Shown here: piece by piece, positions 36,145 to 45,037 of the stretch
How the letters are laid out: each line of letters begins with the position of its first letter
Numbering within the stretch: position 1 is the first letter of the stretch
NCBI GenBank assembly: GCA_937885015.1
Contig: CALAAS010000003.1
Coordinates: 295-64,294, forward strand
DNA: 64,000 nucleotides
Direction: 5' to 3'
From: an uncultured Clostridium sp.
Lineage (GTDB): Bacteria > Bacillota > Clostridia > Lachnospirales > Lachnospiraceae
Program-made: the position numbers and the translations under genes
Notes under the pieces: model-generated
Database searches by the model: none
Told to the model about the DNA's origin: nothing
Seen by the model: only the letters and a program-made list of their open reading frames with translations

Positions 36145-36822
36145 ATGTTTCATGTTCTTGTGGTAGAGGATGATGCCAAGCTGCGCTCTCTCTTTTGCAC
36201 CGTTCTGACCAACAGCGGCTATCTTGCGATTCCTGCAGGCAGCGGCGAACAGGCTCTCTCTCTTCTTGACTCGGAATACGTAGATCTGATTATTTCGGAT
36301 ATTATGATGCCGGGAATGGACGGATATGCGCTGATCCGGCATCTGCGGAGCAGCGGCTATTCCATGCCCATTCTGATCATTACGGCAAAAGAACGGTTTG
36401 AAGATAAACAGAAAGGATTTCAGGCAGGCACCGATGATTACATGGTAAAACCCATTGATGTAAATGAAATGATCCTTCGGGTCGGCGCGCTTTTAAAGCG
36501 GGCCAGGATCGCCACCGAACGGCGCATCGTCTGCGGCTCTACCGTTCTGGATTACGATGCCCTGACAGCCTCCGTGAACGGACAGGAAACGCTGCTGCCC
36601 CAGAAGGAATTTTACCTTCTCTACAAGCTGCTTTCCTACCCCAATAAGATTTTCACGAGACAGCAGCTGATGGATGAGATCTGGGGCATTGATTCCACCA
36701 CCGATGAGCGCACAGTGGATGTACATATCAACCGGCTTAGGGAACGGTTCCGGACCTGTGAGGATTTCCATATCCTGACCGTCCGCGGCCTGGGTTATAA
36801 AGCAGTGAGGACAGAGCCATGA
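36145..36822 (+). CDS. OmpR/PhoB-family response regulator
   Basis: Receiver motifs VLVVEDD, DLIISDIMMPGMDG and ILIITAK. Winged-helix output domain with TVDVHINRLRERF. Confidence 0.92.
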   Translation: MFHVLVVEDDAKLRSLFCTVLTNSGYLAIPAGSGEQALSLLDSEYVDLIISDIMMPGMDGYALIRHLRSSGYSMPILIITAKERFEDKQKGFQAGTDDYMVKPIDVNEMILRVGALLKRARIATERRIVCGSTVLDYDALTASVNGQETLLPQKEFYLLYKLLSYPNKIFTRQQLMDEIWGIDSTTDERTVDVHINRLRERFRTCEDFHILTVRGLGYKAVRTEP

Positions 36823-37877
36823 GAAAAAAATTCTTTAAACTTCCTCTGTACTGGCTGTATTTTCTCGTTCTGATTTTTCTGACCCTGTCCATTATGCCTG
36901 TCATGGCCGGATATGTCGTCAGCCTGCTGGCCAACGGGAAATCGGGGCGGGAGGCAGCGCTTCGCTTTAACCCTCTTTTCCCCAGTATTGTTTTTCTCCT
37001 CAGCAGCTTTATTTTGAGCCTGTTTATCTCTCTGGCCCTCTGGTTCAAAATCCTGATCCCATTAAGCGCCATCCAGCAGGCTGCCCGGCAGGTTGCCGCC
37101 GGAGATTTCTCTGTCTGCCTTTCCAAAACACCGGCGCTTCGGGAAATCCAGGAGCTGAACGATAACTTTAACCGCATGGTTCAGAAACTGAACAGCATTG
37201 AATCTCTGCGAAATGATTTCGTTACCACCATTTCCCACGAATTCAAAACGCCGCTGGCTGCCATCGAAGGGTATGCCACACTGCTGCAGGCGCCGGGACT
37301 TTCCGAGTCTGACCGAAAGGAATACGCCCGCATCATCATAGACAGCACCCGCCAGCTCACAACCATGGCAGGGAATATTCTTCCGCTTTCCCGGCTGGAA
37401 CAGCAGGAAATCGTGACAAATCAATCTTCTTTTCGGTTGGATGAGCAGATCCGCCAGACCATTCTTCTTCTGGAACCTCTCTGGGAAAAGAAAGAGCTGG
37501 AACTGGATATCGAACTGGAACCGGTACAATATTTCGGAAATGCAGAAATGATGTTTCAGGTCTGGACAAACCTGATCCAGAATGCCATCAAATTCACACC
37601 GGATCAGGGACTTTTGTCCATCGGCCTGCAAATTTCAGAAGCGGCTGTCACCGTTTATGTAAAAGACAGCGGCATCGGGATGAATGAAACCACCCGGAAA
37701 CGAATTTTTGAAAAATTTTACAGCGGTTCCCAGGATCAGAACCAGAAAGGGAACGGCCTGGGACTCTCCATTGCCAAACGGATCGTGGATTTGAGCCGAG
37801 GCTCCATCCAGGTGGAGAGCTTTCCGGGAAAGGGAAGCTGCTTTACGGTCACGCTTCCCAGGTCCAGTCCTTCGTAA
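36819..37877 (+). CDS. Intramembrane-sensing type histidine kinase
   Basis: The start overlaps the RR stop (ATGA). Two TM helices are separated by a loop of only about 14 aa (ANGKSGREAALRFNP). HAMP domain, H-box TISHEFKTPLAAIEGY, N-box QNAIKFT, G1 DSGIGM and G2 GNGLGLSIA. Confidence 0.9.
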   Translation: MRKKFFKLPLYWLYFLVLIFLTLSIMPVMAGYVVSLLANGKSGREAALRFNPLFPSIVFLLSSFILSLFISLALWFKILIPLSAIQQAARQVAAGDFSVCLSKTPALREIQELNDNFNRMVQKLNSIESLRNDFVTTISHEFKTPLAAIEGYATLLQAPGLSESDRKEYARIIIDSTRQLTTMAGNILPLSRLEQQEIVTNQSSFRLDEQIRQTILLLEPLWEKKELELDIELEPVQYFGNAEMMFQVWTNLIQNAIKFTPDQGLLSIGLQISEAAVTVYVKDSGIGMNETTRKRIFEKFYSGSQDQNQKGNGLGLSIAKRIVDLSRGSIQVESFPGKGSCFTVTLPRSSPS

Positions 37878-38868
37878 AATGGCCGCTCTCCACAATGGCT
37901 TTCACGGCCTCCTGGTATTCCGAGATCCGCTGAGCTTTCTTCACTTTTTTCAGTTCCCGGTCACAACCGGGAAAATGACATCCAAAATAGTGCCAGAGTT
38001 CCTTCATTTTAAACAGGACATTTTTATCGCCGGACATGATTTCCTCATATCCCTCCAGCAAAAGGCCATGAAATTCCATAAAACGCGAAAGCTCCGCATC
38101 GCCGCAGGCAGCGCCAAAGCCTGCGGCGGCCACATTGCCTGATTTCCTGTCTTCTTCTCCCTGCAGTTCTTCAAACATCCAGGGAGACGCCACCGCCCCG
38201 CGTCCGGCCATGATCGCCTTAACTCCGGTTTCCCGGCAGATCTCCCGAACTCTTTGGACTGAAAACAGATCGCCATTGTAGCAGACTGGCGCCCGGCTTT
38301 TTTCCATCCCTAGGCGAAAGGACTCCATCCGCACCGGCCCCCGGTAATAGTCTTCCCGCACTCGTGGATGGATGGTCAGTTCTTTGATTGGATACTGGTT
38401 GAATATATGCAACAGCTCCGGAAATTCCTCTGGAGAAGAAAGTCCCACTCTTGTTTTCACAGAAATGCTCCCCCCACTCTGATCCGCCTGCATTCCCTCA
38501 AACACTTCTTCCAGAAAACGCCTGAGCTTTTCCCGATCTCCCAGAAAGCCAGCTCCTTTTCCCTTGGCCGTTACCGTTCCCGACGGACAACCCAGATTCA
38601 GATTGATCTCCTCATACCCAAGACTCCAAAGCTCCTTGGCCGCCCAGAGAAAATCCTCTGACCGGCTAGTCAGCACCTGCGGCACAAAGGGAATTTTTCC
38701 ATTGTGCGCCGGAAGGACATCCTGCTTCTCTCGGGGACTGAACACATGGCTGGCGCCCGGAGCCACAAATGGGCCAAAATACCGGTCCACTCCTCCATAT
38801 ACTGCATGGTGGGCCCGCCGGAACACATACCCGGTAATCCCCTCCATGGGTGCAAAATATGCCTTCAT
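37849..38868 (-). CDS. Dus-family (tRNA-dihydrouridine synthase-like) FMN oxidoreductase
   Basis: YFAPMEGITGYVFR, INLNLGCPSG (catalytic Cys context), SVKTRVG and LTIHPRVRE motifs. The ATG overlaps the cbiT stop (ATGA), with GGAGGAGAAGA upstream. Confidence 0.75.
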   Translation of the reverse strand: MKAYFAPMEGITGYVFRRAHHAVYGGVDRYFGPFVAPGASHVFSPREKQDVLPAHNGKIPFVPQVLTSRSEDFLWAAKELWSLGYEEINLNLGCPSGTVTAKGKGAGFLGDREKLRRFLEEVFEGMQADQSGGSISVKTRVGLSSPEEFPELLHIFNQYPIKELTIHPRVREDYYRGPVRMESFRLGMEKSRAPVCYNGDLFSVQRVREICRETGVKAIMAGRGAVASPWMFEELQGEEDRKSGNVAAAGFGAACGDAELSRFMEFHGLLLEGYEEIMSGDKNVLFKMKELWHYFGCHFPGCDRELKKVKKAQRISEYQEAVKAIVESGHFTKDWTWEA

Positions 38869-39443
38869 TCTTCTCCTCCGAATGCGATAATATAAACGGG
38901 ATTCTGGCCCTTCATCAAATGGCTGTTTCCTGCCTTTTCCGCCCGGGACACCTGCACAGAAACCACCTCTGCCTCCGTTTCTCTTTTCTTCAGGATCCGC
39001 AGAACCTCTGTCAGGGACTCCAGGGCAATCACATTGATTACCACCCGGATGGACGGGTTCCGAAGCCAGAGGCTTTCAAGAATCTCCTCCATTCTCCCGG
39101 AGGAACCCCCGATAAAGGCGTGGGTCGGAACGGCATTTTTCTCATTCAGCTCCAAGGCCCTCTGAAAACTGCCCGGGGCCATCCCCTTCACCACCGAAAT
39201 CCGACGGGTTCCGGCCTTTTTCCGATTTTCCTCAATCAGCCTGACCGCCTCCCCGCGATGTTCAAAGGCTACTACCTCAAGGCCTGAATAGAGAAGTGCT
39301 GCCTCCACACTGACGGAACCCGTCCCGGCTCCCACATCCCAGAGCACTGCACTGTCGGAAAGCTCCAGCTTAGAAATGGACACCGCCCGCACCTCACTTT
39401 TCGTCATGGGAACTGCCCCGCGAATAAACCATTCGTCCCTCAT
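38865..39443 (-). CDS. cbiT: Cobalt-precorrin-6B C15-methyltransferase (decarboxylating)
   Basis: 192 aa. FIRGAVPMTKSEVRAVSISKL and SAM motif VLWDVGAGTGSVSVEAA. Confidence 0.85.
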   Translation of the reverse strand: MRDEWFIRGAVPMTKSEVRAVSISKLELSDSAVLWDVGAGTGSVSVEAALLYSGLEVVAFEHRGEAVRLIEENRKKAGTRRISVVKGMAPGSFQRALELNEKNAVPTHAFIGGSSGRMEEILESLWLRNPSIRVVINVIALESLTEVLRILKKRETEAEVVSVQVSRAEKAGNSHLMKGQNPVYIIAFGGEE

Positions 39444-39490
39444 CCTCTGTCCTCCTTACACGCCTTTCCTGTCATTCTCTGGATTCACTT

Positions 39491-40927
39491 TCATCCCTCT
39501 TTCCTCCCGCTCTGCCATTCCCGGCACCTGGAAAGCCACTCCATTATAAATTCCGGGCAGGATTCGTAATACAGATGCGGAAAACCGCCCAGCTGCCCCT
39601 CTGATGCGTGCATACAGGGCCAGGTCCGGTCTCCCGTCGGCTTTCTGGCCGTCCAGTTTTCCCCCGGATCCTGGCTTTCCCAGTAATGAAATTCATGTCC
39701 ATGAAGCTCCATCCCATCCGGTGTCAGTAAACGCACATAACCAAATCGGCGCAGACGATCGGTTCGGAAAGCATCAAAGGGGTATACCCCCGCCATCGGA
39801 TAAGATTTTCCATCGTTTCCCTCCAGAAAGCGGTGCAGATACAGAAAACCGCCGCATTCTGCCAGGAATGGCATTCCCTGTCTGGCCGCAGACAGAACGC
39901 TTTCCCGCATGGTTTCATTGGCTGCCAGCTCCTCCCCAAAGTTCTCCGGATAGCCGCCTCCAAACAGCAGGCCAGAAATCCCCTCCGGCAGCCTCTGATC
40001 CCTCAGGGGACTGAAAAAGACCAGCCTGGCCCCCATCCGCTCCAGAAGCTCCAGATTTTCCTGATAATAAAAGCAAAAGGCCGTATCCCGGGCCACGCCG
40101 ATGGAGACTTCCTGTCCTGCCAGCTTCTTTTTTCCCTTTTTTTCTGTTTTCTCGATCTCAGGTTTCTGTCTCTCCGACTCCGGAAATTCTCCGGCACCGG
40201 ATGCCAGAGTCAGAAGGCCAGAAAGATCCACCGTCTTTTCCAAAATATTTGCCAATCCTTCCACCTTACTGCGAAGGGACGCGATCTCCTCCGGCAATAA
40301 AAGTCCCAGATGGCGGCTTTCCAGATGGTATTCCTCCGACTCCGGCAGATATCCCAGCACCGGAAGGCCAGTGGCTTCGGTAACCGCCGCAGCCAGGCGC
40401 TCAAAATACATGGGAGAAACCCGGTTTAAAAAGAGGCCGCCAATCCAGCTTTCTTTTTGAAAATGGAGAAATCCAGCCGCAGCCGCGGCCGCAGACAGAG
40501 ACATTCCCTTACAGTCCAGCACCAGAAGCACCGGTGTCTTCGTAATAGATGCGATCTCCCAGCTGCTGGCCGAGAGGGAGGTTCCTCCCAGACCATCGTA
40601 ATACCCCATAACACCTTCCAGCACCGCAATCTTTGCAGCTTCACAGGAAATGGCACGCAGAAGCATATCCCGCACCCCTACTGGCGATAGAAAAAAGGAG
40701 TCCAGATTTCGCCCGGGCACTCCCTGCACATACCGGTGAAACATCGGGTCAATATAATCCGGGCCGCATTTACAGGCAACCGGCTTAAGACCCTTCCGCT
40801 TCAAAAGCTCCAGCAGGCCACATGTAATCAACGTTTTTCCGCTTCCGCTCCCTGGCGCTGCCACCATAAACCGGGGCACCGTTTCCGTCTCTCCCTGTCT
40901 TTTTTCTTCCTGCCACATCTTTCTCAT
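39491..40927 (-). CDS. cbiA: Cobyrinate a,c-diamide synthase
   Basis: P-loop VAAPGSGSGKTLITCGL and a C-terminal glutamine amidotransferase with AECGGFLYL. Confidence 0.9.
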   Translation of the reverse strand: MRKMWQEEKRQGETETVPRFMVAAPGSGSGKTLITCGLLELLKRKGLKPVACKCGPDYIDPMFHRYVQGVPGRNLDSFFLSPVGVRDMLLRAISCEAAKIAVLEGVMGYYDGLGGTSLSASSWEIASITKTPVLLVLDCKGMSLSAAAAAAGFLHFQKESWIGGLFLNRVSPMYFERLAAAVTEATGLPVLGYLPESEEYHLESRHLGLLLPEEIASLRSKVEGLANILEKTVDLSGLLTLASGAGEFPESERQKPEIEKTEKKGKKKLAGQEVSIGVARDTAFCFYYQENLELLERMGARLVFFSPLRDQRLPEGISGLLFGGGYPENFGEELAANETMRESVLSAARQGMPFLAECGGFLYLHRFLEGNDGKSYPMAGVYPFDAFRTDRLRRFGYVRLLTPDGMELHGHEFHYWESQDPGENWTARKPTGDRTWPCMHASEGQLGGFPHLYYESCPEFIMEWLSRCREWQSGRKEG

Positions 40928-40949
40928 CCGTCCTTCTCCCTCATTCGCA

Positions 40950-42416
40950 CTATCCTTTTACAACCAGCAAAAGGCCAAGTTCCGCAAACGTCTCTCCTGC
41001 CAGCTCCTCTGCTGTTCCAGAAACAATCCTCTCATCCGGATAAGAAAGGCGTTCACCTACATGAATCTCTGTTTTTCCATAGCCTGCCTCGCAGAGGGCC
41101 CGGCAGAAATGCCCGGCCCCATTTTTTCCTCCTAAGAGAACAAATACCCTGGACTGCTCCGCCTCCATAACTGTCTTCACTTCCAGCGCTCTTCCATGGC
41201 AGGAACAGAATCCCGCATCCCCCCAACTGACTCCCAGGCGCGATGCCAGGTAGCTGACACAGGATATGCCCGGAAACAGAGAAAACGCCATCCCGCGCTC
41301 CTTCAGAATCCGCGCTGCCTCGGACGCCCCGCTGAAAAATCCCGTATCGCCGGAAAATACCACCGAAATATGCTGCCATTCCGGATGCTGATTCACCTCA
41401 TCCAGAATTTCCCCGGTTCGGTACCGCTCTATCCAGACGGGAGATTTTCCCATTTCAAACAAAGGGCGGATCGCCTCCAGCATCCTGGGTGCGCCAAATA
41501 CCACATCGCTCTGCATTAAAGCTTTTTTTGCCTCGCAGGTCAGCTGATCCAGATTTCCCATCCCAATCCCGATCAGGAAAAACTGCTGTTCACAGCGTTC
41601 ATAAACTCTGTCCGGCACAACCGGGAATGCCTCCGGCCTCTGCTCCATAAACTCCTCCAGGATCCCGCAGATTTCCTGAAACGTCTTTCCGCTTTCCCTG
41701 GGACGTCTGATAACCAGGACCGGAACGCGGCAGGCCCTGGCTGCCTGTATTTTTTCAAAAAAGCCGCCGGCCCGCCCGGAATCTTTTGTGACCATCCACT
41801 GAATCCCCAGCTCCTCCAGCAAAAGCCGGTTCATGGCCTCCGTGCTGGGGCCCTGCATGGCAATCACATGACTTCCCCGCAGTCCCAATGCCTCACAGTC
41901 CGCCAGCGCCTTTGAAGACGGAAGAACCCGGACATAAACCCGCTCTGAAAAATTCTCTATCCTCTGAAATGCCCAAAGGCCATGACTTCCGGTGGTAATA
42001 AACACACGGCCGCTGCGAAACTTAAGATAGGCAGCTGCCTCCTCCACCGAAGAAACTTCCACGATTCCTCCGGGATACAGATGCTCCAGATCCTCTTCCC
42101 CGCCTCCCTCTTCCCGAAGACACCGCTCCAGACGAATTCCTGTCGCCTCACATGCCCGGAAGATTTCCCCGGAAACCCTCCGGGCATGGGGATGAGTCGC
42201 GTCCACGGCCAGGCCTATCCTGTGCTGGCGTATAAAGTCTGCCATTTCTGCTGCCGTCATAGTCCCCTGATGAACCCGAATCCAGGGACTTTCTGGCAAA
42301 AGCTCTTTCCCATAATCTGACGCCACGCTGACCCAGACAGGGTGGTTCTTCCTGGCACACCACTGAGCCAAAAGGCGTCCCTCTGTCGTTCCTCCAAAAA
42401 TCAGAATTCTACACAT
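40950..42416 (-). CDS. Fusion of cobalt-precorrin-6A reductase (CbiJ) and cobalt-precorrin-7 C5-methyltransferase (CbiE)
   Basis: The N-terminal ~250 aa are CbiJ-like (ILIFGGTTEGR, DATHPHA). The C-terminal ~210 aa are a CbiE-like tetrapyrrole methylase (FFLIGIGMGN, VVFSGDTGFFSGA). Confidence 0.8.
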   Translation of the reverse strand: MCRILIFGGTTEGRLLAQWCARKNHPVWVSVASDYGKELLPESPWIRVHQGTMTAAEMADFIRQHRIGLAVDATHPHARRVSGEIFRACEATGIRLERCLREEGGGEEDLEHLYPGGIVEVSSVEEAAAYLKFRSGRVFITTGSHGLWAFQRIENFSERVYVRVLPSSKALADCEALGLRGSHVIAMQGPSTEAMNRLLLEELGIQWMVTKDSGRAGGFFEKIQAARACRVPVLVIRRPRESGKTFQEICGILEEFMEQRPEAFPVVPDRVYERCEQQFFLIGIGMGNLDQLTCEAKKALMQSDVVFGAPRMLEAIRPLFEMGKSPVWIERYRTGEILDEVNQHPEWQHISVVFSGDTGFFSGASEAARILKERGMAFSLFPGISCVSYLASRLGVSWGDAGFCSCHGRALEVKTVMEAEQSRVFVLLGGKNGAGHFCRALCEAGYGKTEIHVGERLSYPDERIVSGTAEELAGETFAELGLLLVVKG

Positions 42417-43146
42417 TCTTATATCCTCTGGGTGTTACCATCCGCCCATTCAGGCAGACCGTCTGCCGGTTCCCGATAAATACCGTTGTAAACATATCCG
42501 CCTTTGCCGCCAGAAGCGTTTGAAGGGTCAGAACCTCCACGGACTCTCCCTCACGGCCGATCTGTCTTACCAACCCGCAGACTGTACTCCCTTCCCTGTA
42601 TTCCAGAAGAATGCGGCAGGCCCGCTCCAAATAGTCACTCCGCTTTCTGCTGGCCGGATTATAAAGACAGATAATAAAATCCGCCTTTGCCGCCGCCCGG
42701 AGCCGCTCTTCAATCACATCCATCGGAGTCAGCAAATCACTCAGGCTGATCACAGCAAAATCATGGCCAAGAGGCGCTCCCAGAAGCGCTCCGCCTCCCA
42801 GGGCCGCCGTCACACCGGGAATGATTTCCACCCGAACCTGCGGATATTCCCTGGCCATCATCAGCACCAGACCAGCCATCCCATAAACGCCGCTGTCTCC
42901 ACTGCAGATCATCGCCGTTTTCTTCCCGGAGGCCGCCGCGTCAAGGGCCATCTGGCACCGTTCCTTTTCCTGGCGCATCGGGGTCGTCAGAAATGATGCC
43001 TCTGGATAATCCCGGCGAACCAAGTCTACATAGGCCGTATATCCCACAATGACCTGACAATTCTTAAGAACCCGATCCGCCTGGATCGTCATCTGTTCCC
43101 GGCCCCCCGGCCCGATTCCAATTACATACAGTATGTTTTCTTCCAT
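42409..43146 (-). CDS. cbiH: Cobalt-factor III / precorrin-3B C17-methyltransferase
   Basis: LYVIGIGPGG, ICSGDSGVYGMAG and the family-typical length (245 aa). Confidence 0.88.
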   Translation of the reverse strand: MEENILYVIGIGPGGREQMTIQADRVLKNCQVIVGYTAYVDLVRRDYPEASFLTTPMRQEKERCQMALDAAASGKKTAMICSGDSGVYGMAGLVLMMAREYPQVRVEIIPGVTAALGGGALLGAPLGHDFAVISLSDLLTPMDVIEERLRAAAKADFIICLYNPASRKRSDYLERACRILLEYREGSTVCGLVRQIGREGESVEVLTLQTLLAAKADMFTTVFIGNRQTVCLNGRMVTPRGYKNV

Positions 43147-44348
43147 CGAATCCTCCCGATCTGTCTTAAATCCGGGACTGCCACTGCAGCAGTCGCCCCC
43201 TCATAAACAGTTTTTCCCGTCAGTTGTATCACCGGATCTCCAAAACGCGCCGCCCCCAGAGCGGCAGCACGCTGGCAGACATTTCCAACCCCCAGTGTCC
43301 GGCGCACGAAATCCGACTCTGAAAATTCTCCTTCTGCCTGTTCCAGCTCTCCGGGCGTATAGGCAAGAAATGTAAGATTCCACTCCCTGGCCAATGCACA
43401 AAGCGCCGGTTCATCTGCCTTTCGATCCACCGTAGCCAGTACCGTCAGGGAACGCCGGTCCATCCCAGCCTCTTCCAGAGCCAGCAGAGCTGCCTGGCGT
43501 ACCGTCTCCAGAGAAGCGCCAAGGCGGCAGCCCATTCCCAGAGCTGCTCCGCCTGGAAAAAGACGCAGCACTGCCTTTTTCTCAGAAACACCTCCTCCTG
43601 GTGCTTTCTCCGAAATATCGGTACGTGATTCGTCCTCCGGCCAGCCTTCTTTTTTCCAGGTAATACAGATATTGTGACGCTGCCAGATTCCGGGCGTCAG
43701 TTCCTCCGGGGCCGGTCCATCCACCGGAATCTCACTGAAAAATCCTATTTTTTCTTTCCGGAGAACGGCTGCCGAAATGGATTTTGCTTCTCTCATATCC
43801 CCGATTATCAACCCGTTTTCCGCTGCAAAAACGTCCACAGCAAACGCCCCATGTAAATCCGTTGCCGTAGTTATGACAGGAACGGCATTCAAAATCCCGG
43901 CCACGCACAGAGCCAGCCGGTTGGCTCCTCCCAGATGACCGGACAAAACCGGAATTGCAAATCTTCCCAGCTCGTCCACGCACACCACCGCCGGATCGGA
44001 GGTCTTATCTCGAATCCAAGGAGCAATCATCCGGACTGCAATTCCCACTGCCCCCACAAAAATCAGATTATTCCGGCGCTCAAATTGCTCCTTTACCAGA
44101 GTTCCAACTGTCATCTGCGGCCTTTCTCTCTGAATCTCTTCTCCCTGCCTGTCCTGGGAGGCAAAATCAAAGCACGCCGCCTCTTCTCCCATTTTCCCCT
44201 CAAGGCCCCGGGCCAGCCTTTCCGCCGTCTCCCGCCCCTGGCCCGTAAAGCTAATCAGTACTGTCATGGGCTCTTCCCTTCCGGAACTCCGTCGTAAAAT
44301 CCGGCGCATAGAGGCATGATCTGTCATAATGACTGGCCGCAACTGCAT
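43122..44348 (-). CDS. cbiG: Cobalt-precorrin-5A hydrolase
   Basis: CbiG N-, middle and C-domain layout (FVGAVGIAVRMIAP, GMGCR...). The likely start is the Met at 44267 (MTVLISFTGQG), overlapping the cbiF end. Confidence 0.75.
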   Translation of the reverse strand: MQLRPVIMTDHASMRRILRRSSGREEPMTVLISFTGQGRETAERLARGLEGKMGEEAACFDFASQDRQGEEIQRERPQMTVGTLVKEQFERRNNLIFVGAVGIAVRMIAPWIRDKTSDPAVVCVDELGRFAIPVLSGHLGGANRLALCVAGILNAVPVITTATDLHGAFAVDVFAAENGLIIGDMREAKSISAAVLRKEKIGFFSEIPVDGPAPEELTPGIWQRHNICITWKKEGWPEDESRTDISEKAPGGGVSEKKAVLRLFPGGAALGMGCRLGASLETVRQAALLALEEAGMDRRSLTVLATVDRKADEPALCALAREWNLTFLAYTPGELEQAEGEFSESDFVRRTLGVGNVCQRAAALGAARFGDPVIQLTGKTVYEGATAAVAVPDLRQIGRIRWKKTYCM

Positions 44349-45024
44349 TTCCCACCAGAATCAGCGCTGTTTTCCGTATTTCCTCCCGACAGGCTGCCTC
44401 CCAAAGCGTCCCTACGGTGCAGAAAACCTGTTTTTCATCCGGCCAGGTAGCCTTATAGACAATGGCTGCCGGTGTGTCCGCCGAATATCCTCCTGCCATC
44501 AGCTCCCGGCTCAGCTCCTTTGTCATTCCAGCGCTCAGAAAAATGACCATCGTTGCCCCATGGGCGGCAAAGCTGGCAATCGACTCCCGTTCCGGCACCG
44601 ACGTCCGGCCGGCCATCCGCGTGATAATCACGCTCTGGGATACGCCTGGAAGTGTATACTCCATTCCCAGGGAAGCCGCAGCCCCGCAAAAGGAGCTGAC
44701 CCCCGGACACACTTCATAGGAAATCCCCTCTTCTGTCAGAAGATCCATCTGCTCCCGGATTGCCCCATAGATACAGGGGTCTCCCGTGTGAAGGCGCACT
44801 GTCATCCTTCCCAGCTTCTCCGCCTCCCTGATCCGGTCCATGACCTCCTCCAGCGTCATACGGGCGCTGTCATAGACCAGGCACCCTTCCTTTCTGTACC
44901 GCAAAAGCTCCGGATTTACCAGGGACCCCGCATAAATAATCTGATCTGCCTTCTGTAACAATCCCGCTCCGCGCACGGTAATCAAATCCGGTGCTCCTGC
45001 TCCTGCTCCAACAAAATAAACCAT
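44251..45024 (-). CDS. cbiF: Cobalt-precorrin-4 C11-methyltransferase
   Basis: VYFVGAGAGAPDLITVRG and RLHTGDPCIYGA motifs; 257 aa. Confidence 0.9.
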   Translation of the reverse strand: MVYFVGAGAGAPDLITVRGAGLLQKADQIIYAGSLVNPELLRYRKEGCLVYDSARMTLEEVMDRIREAEKLGRMTVRLHTGDPCIYGAIREQMDLLTEEGISYEVCPGVSSFCGAAASLGMEYTLPGVSQSVIITRMAGRTSVPERESIASFAAHGATMVIFLSAGMTKELSRELMAGGYSADTPAAIVYKATWPDEKQVFCTVGTLWEAACREEIRKTALILVGNAVAASHYDRSCLYAPDFTTEFRKGRAHDSTD

Positions 45025-45037
45025 CTATGTACCTCTT

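Noticed and set aside
29550-37877. I considered whether the efflux/TCS module is a recognisable mobile element or genomic island.
   Set aside because: I saw no integrase, transposase, recombinase, tRNA attachment site or flanking direct or inverted repeats. It is therefore reported only as a possible insertion, not as a mobile element.
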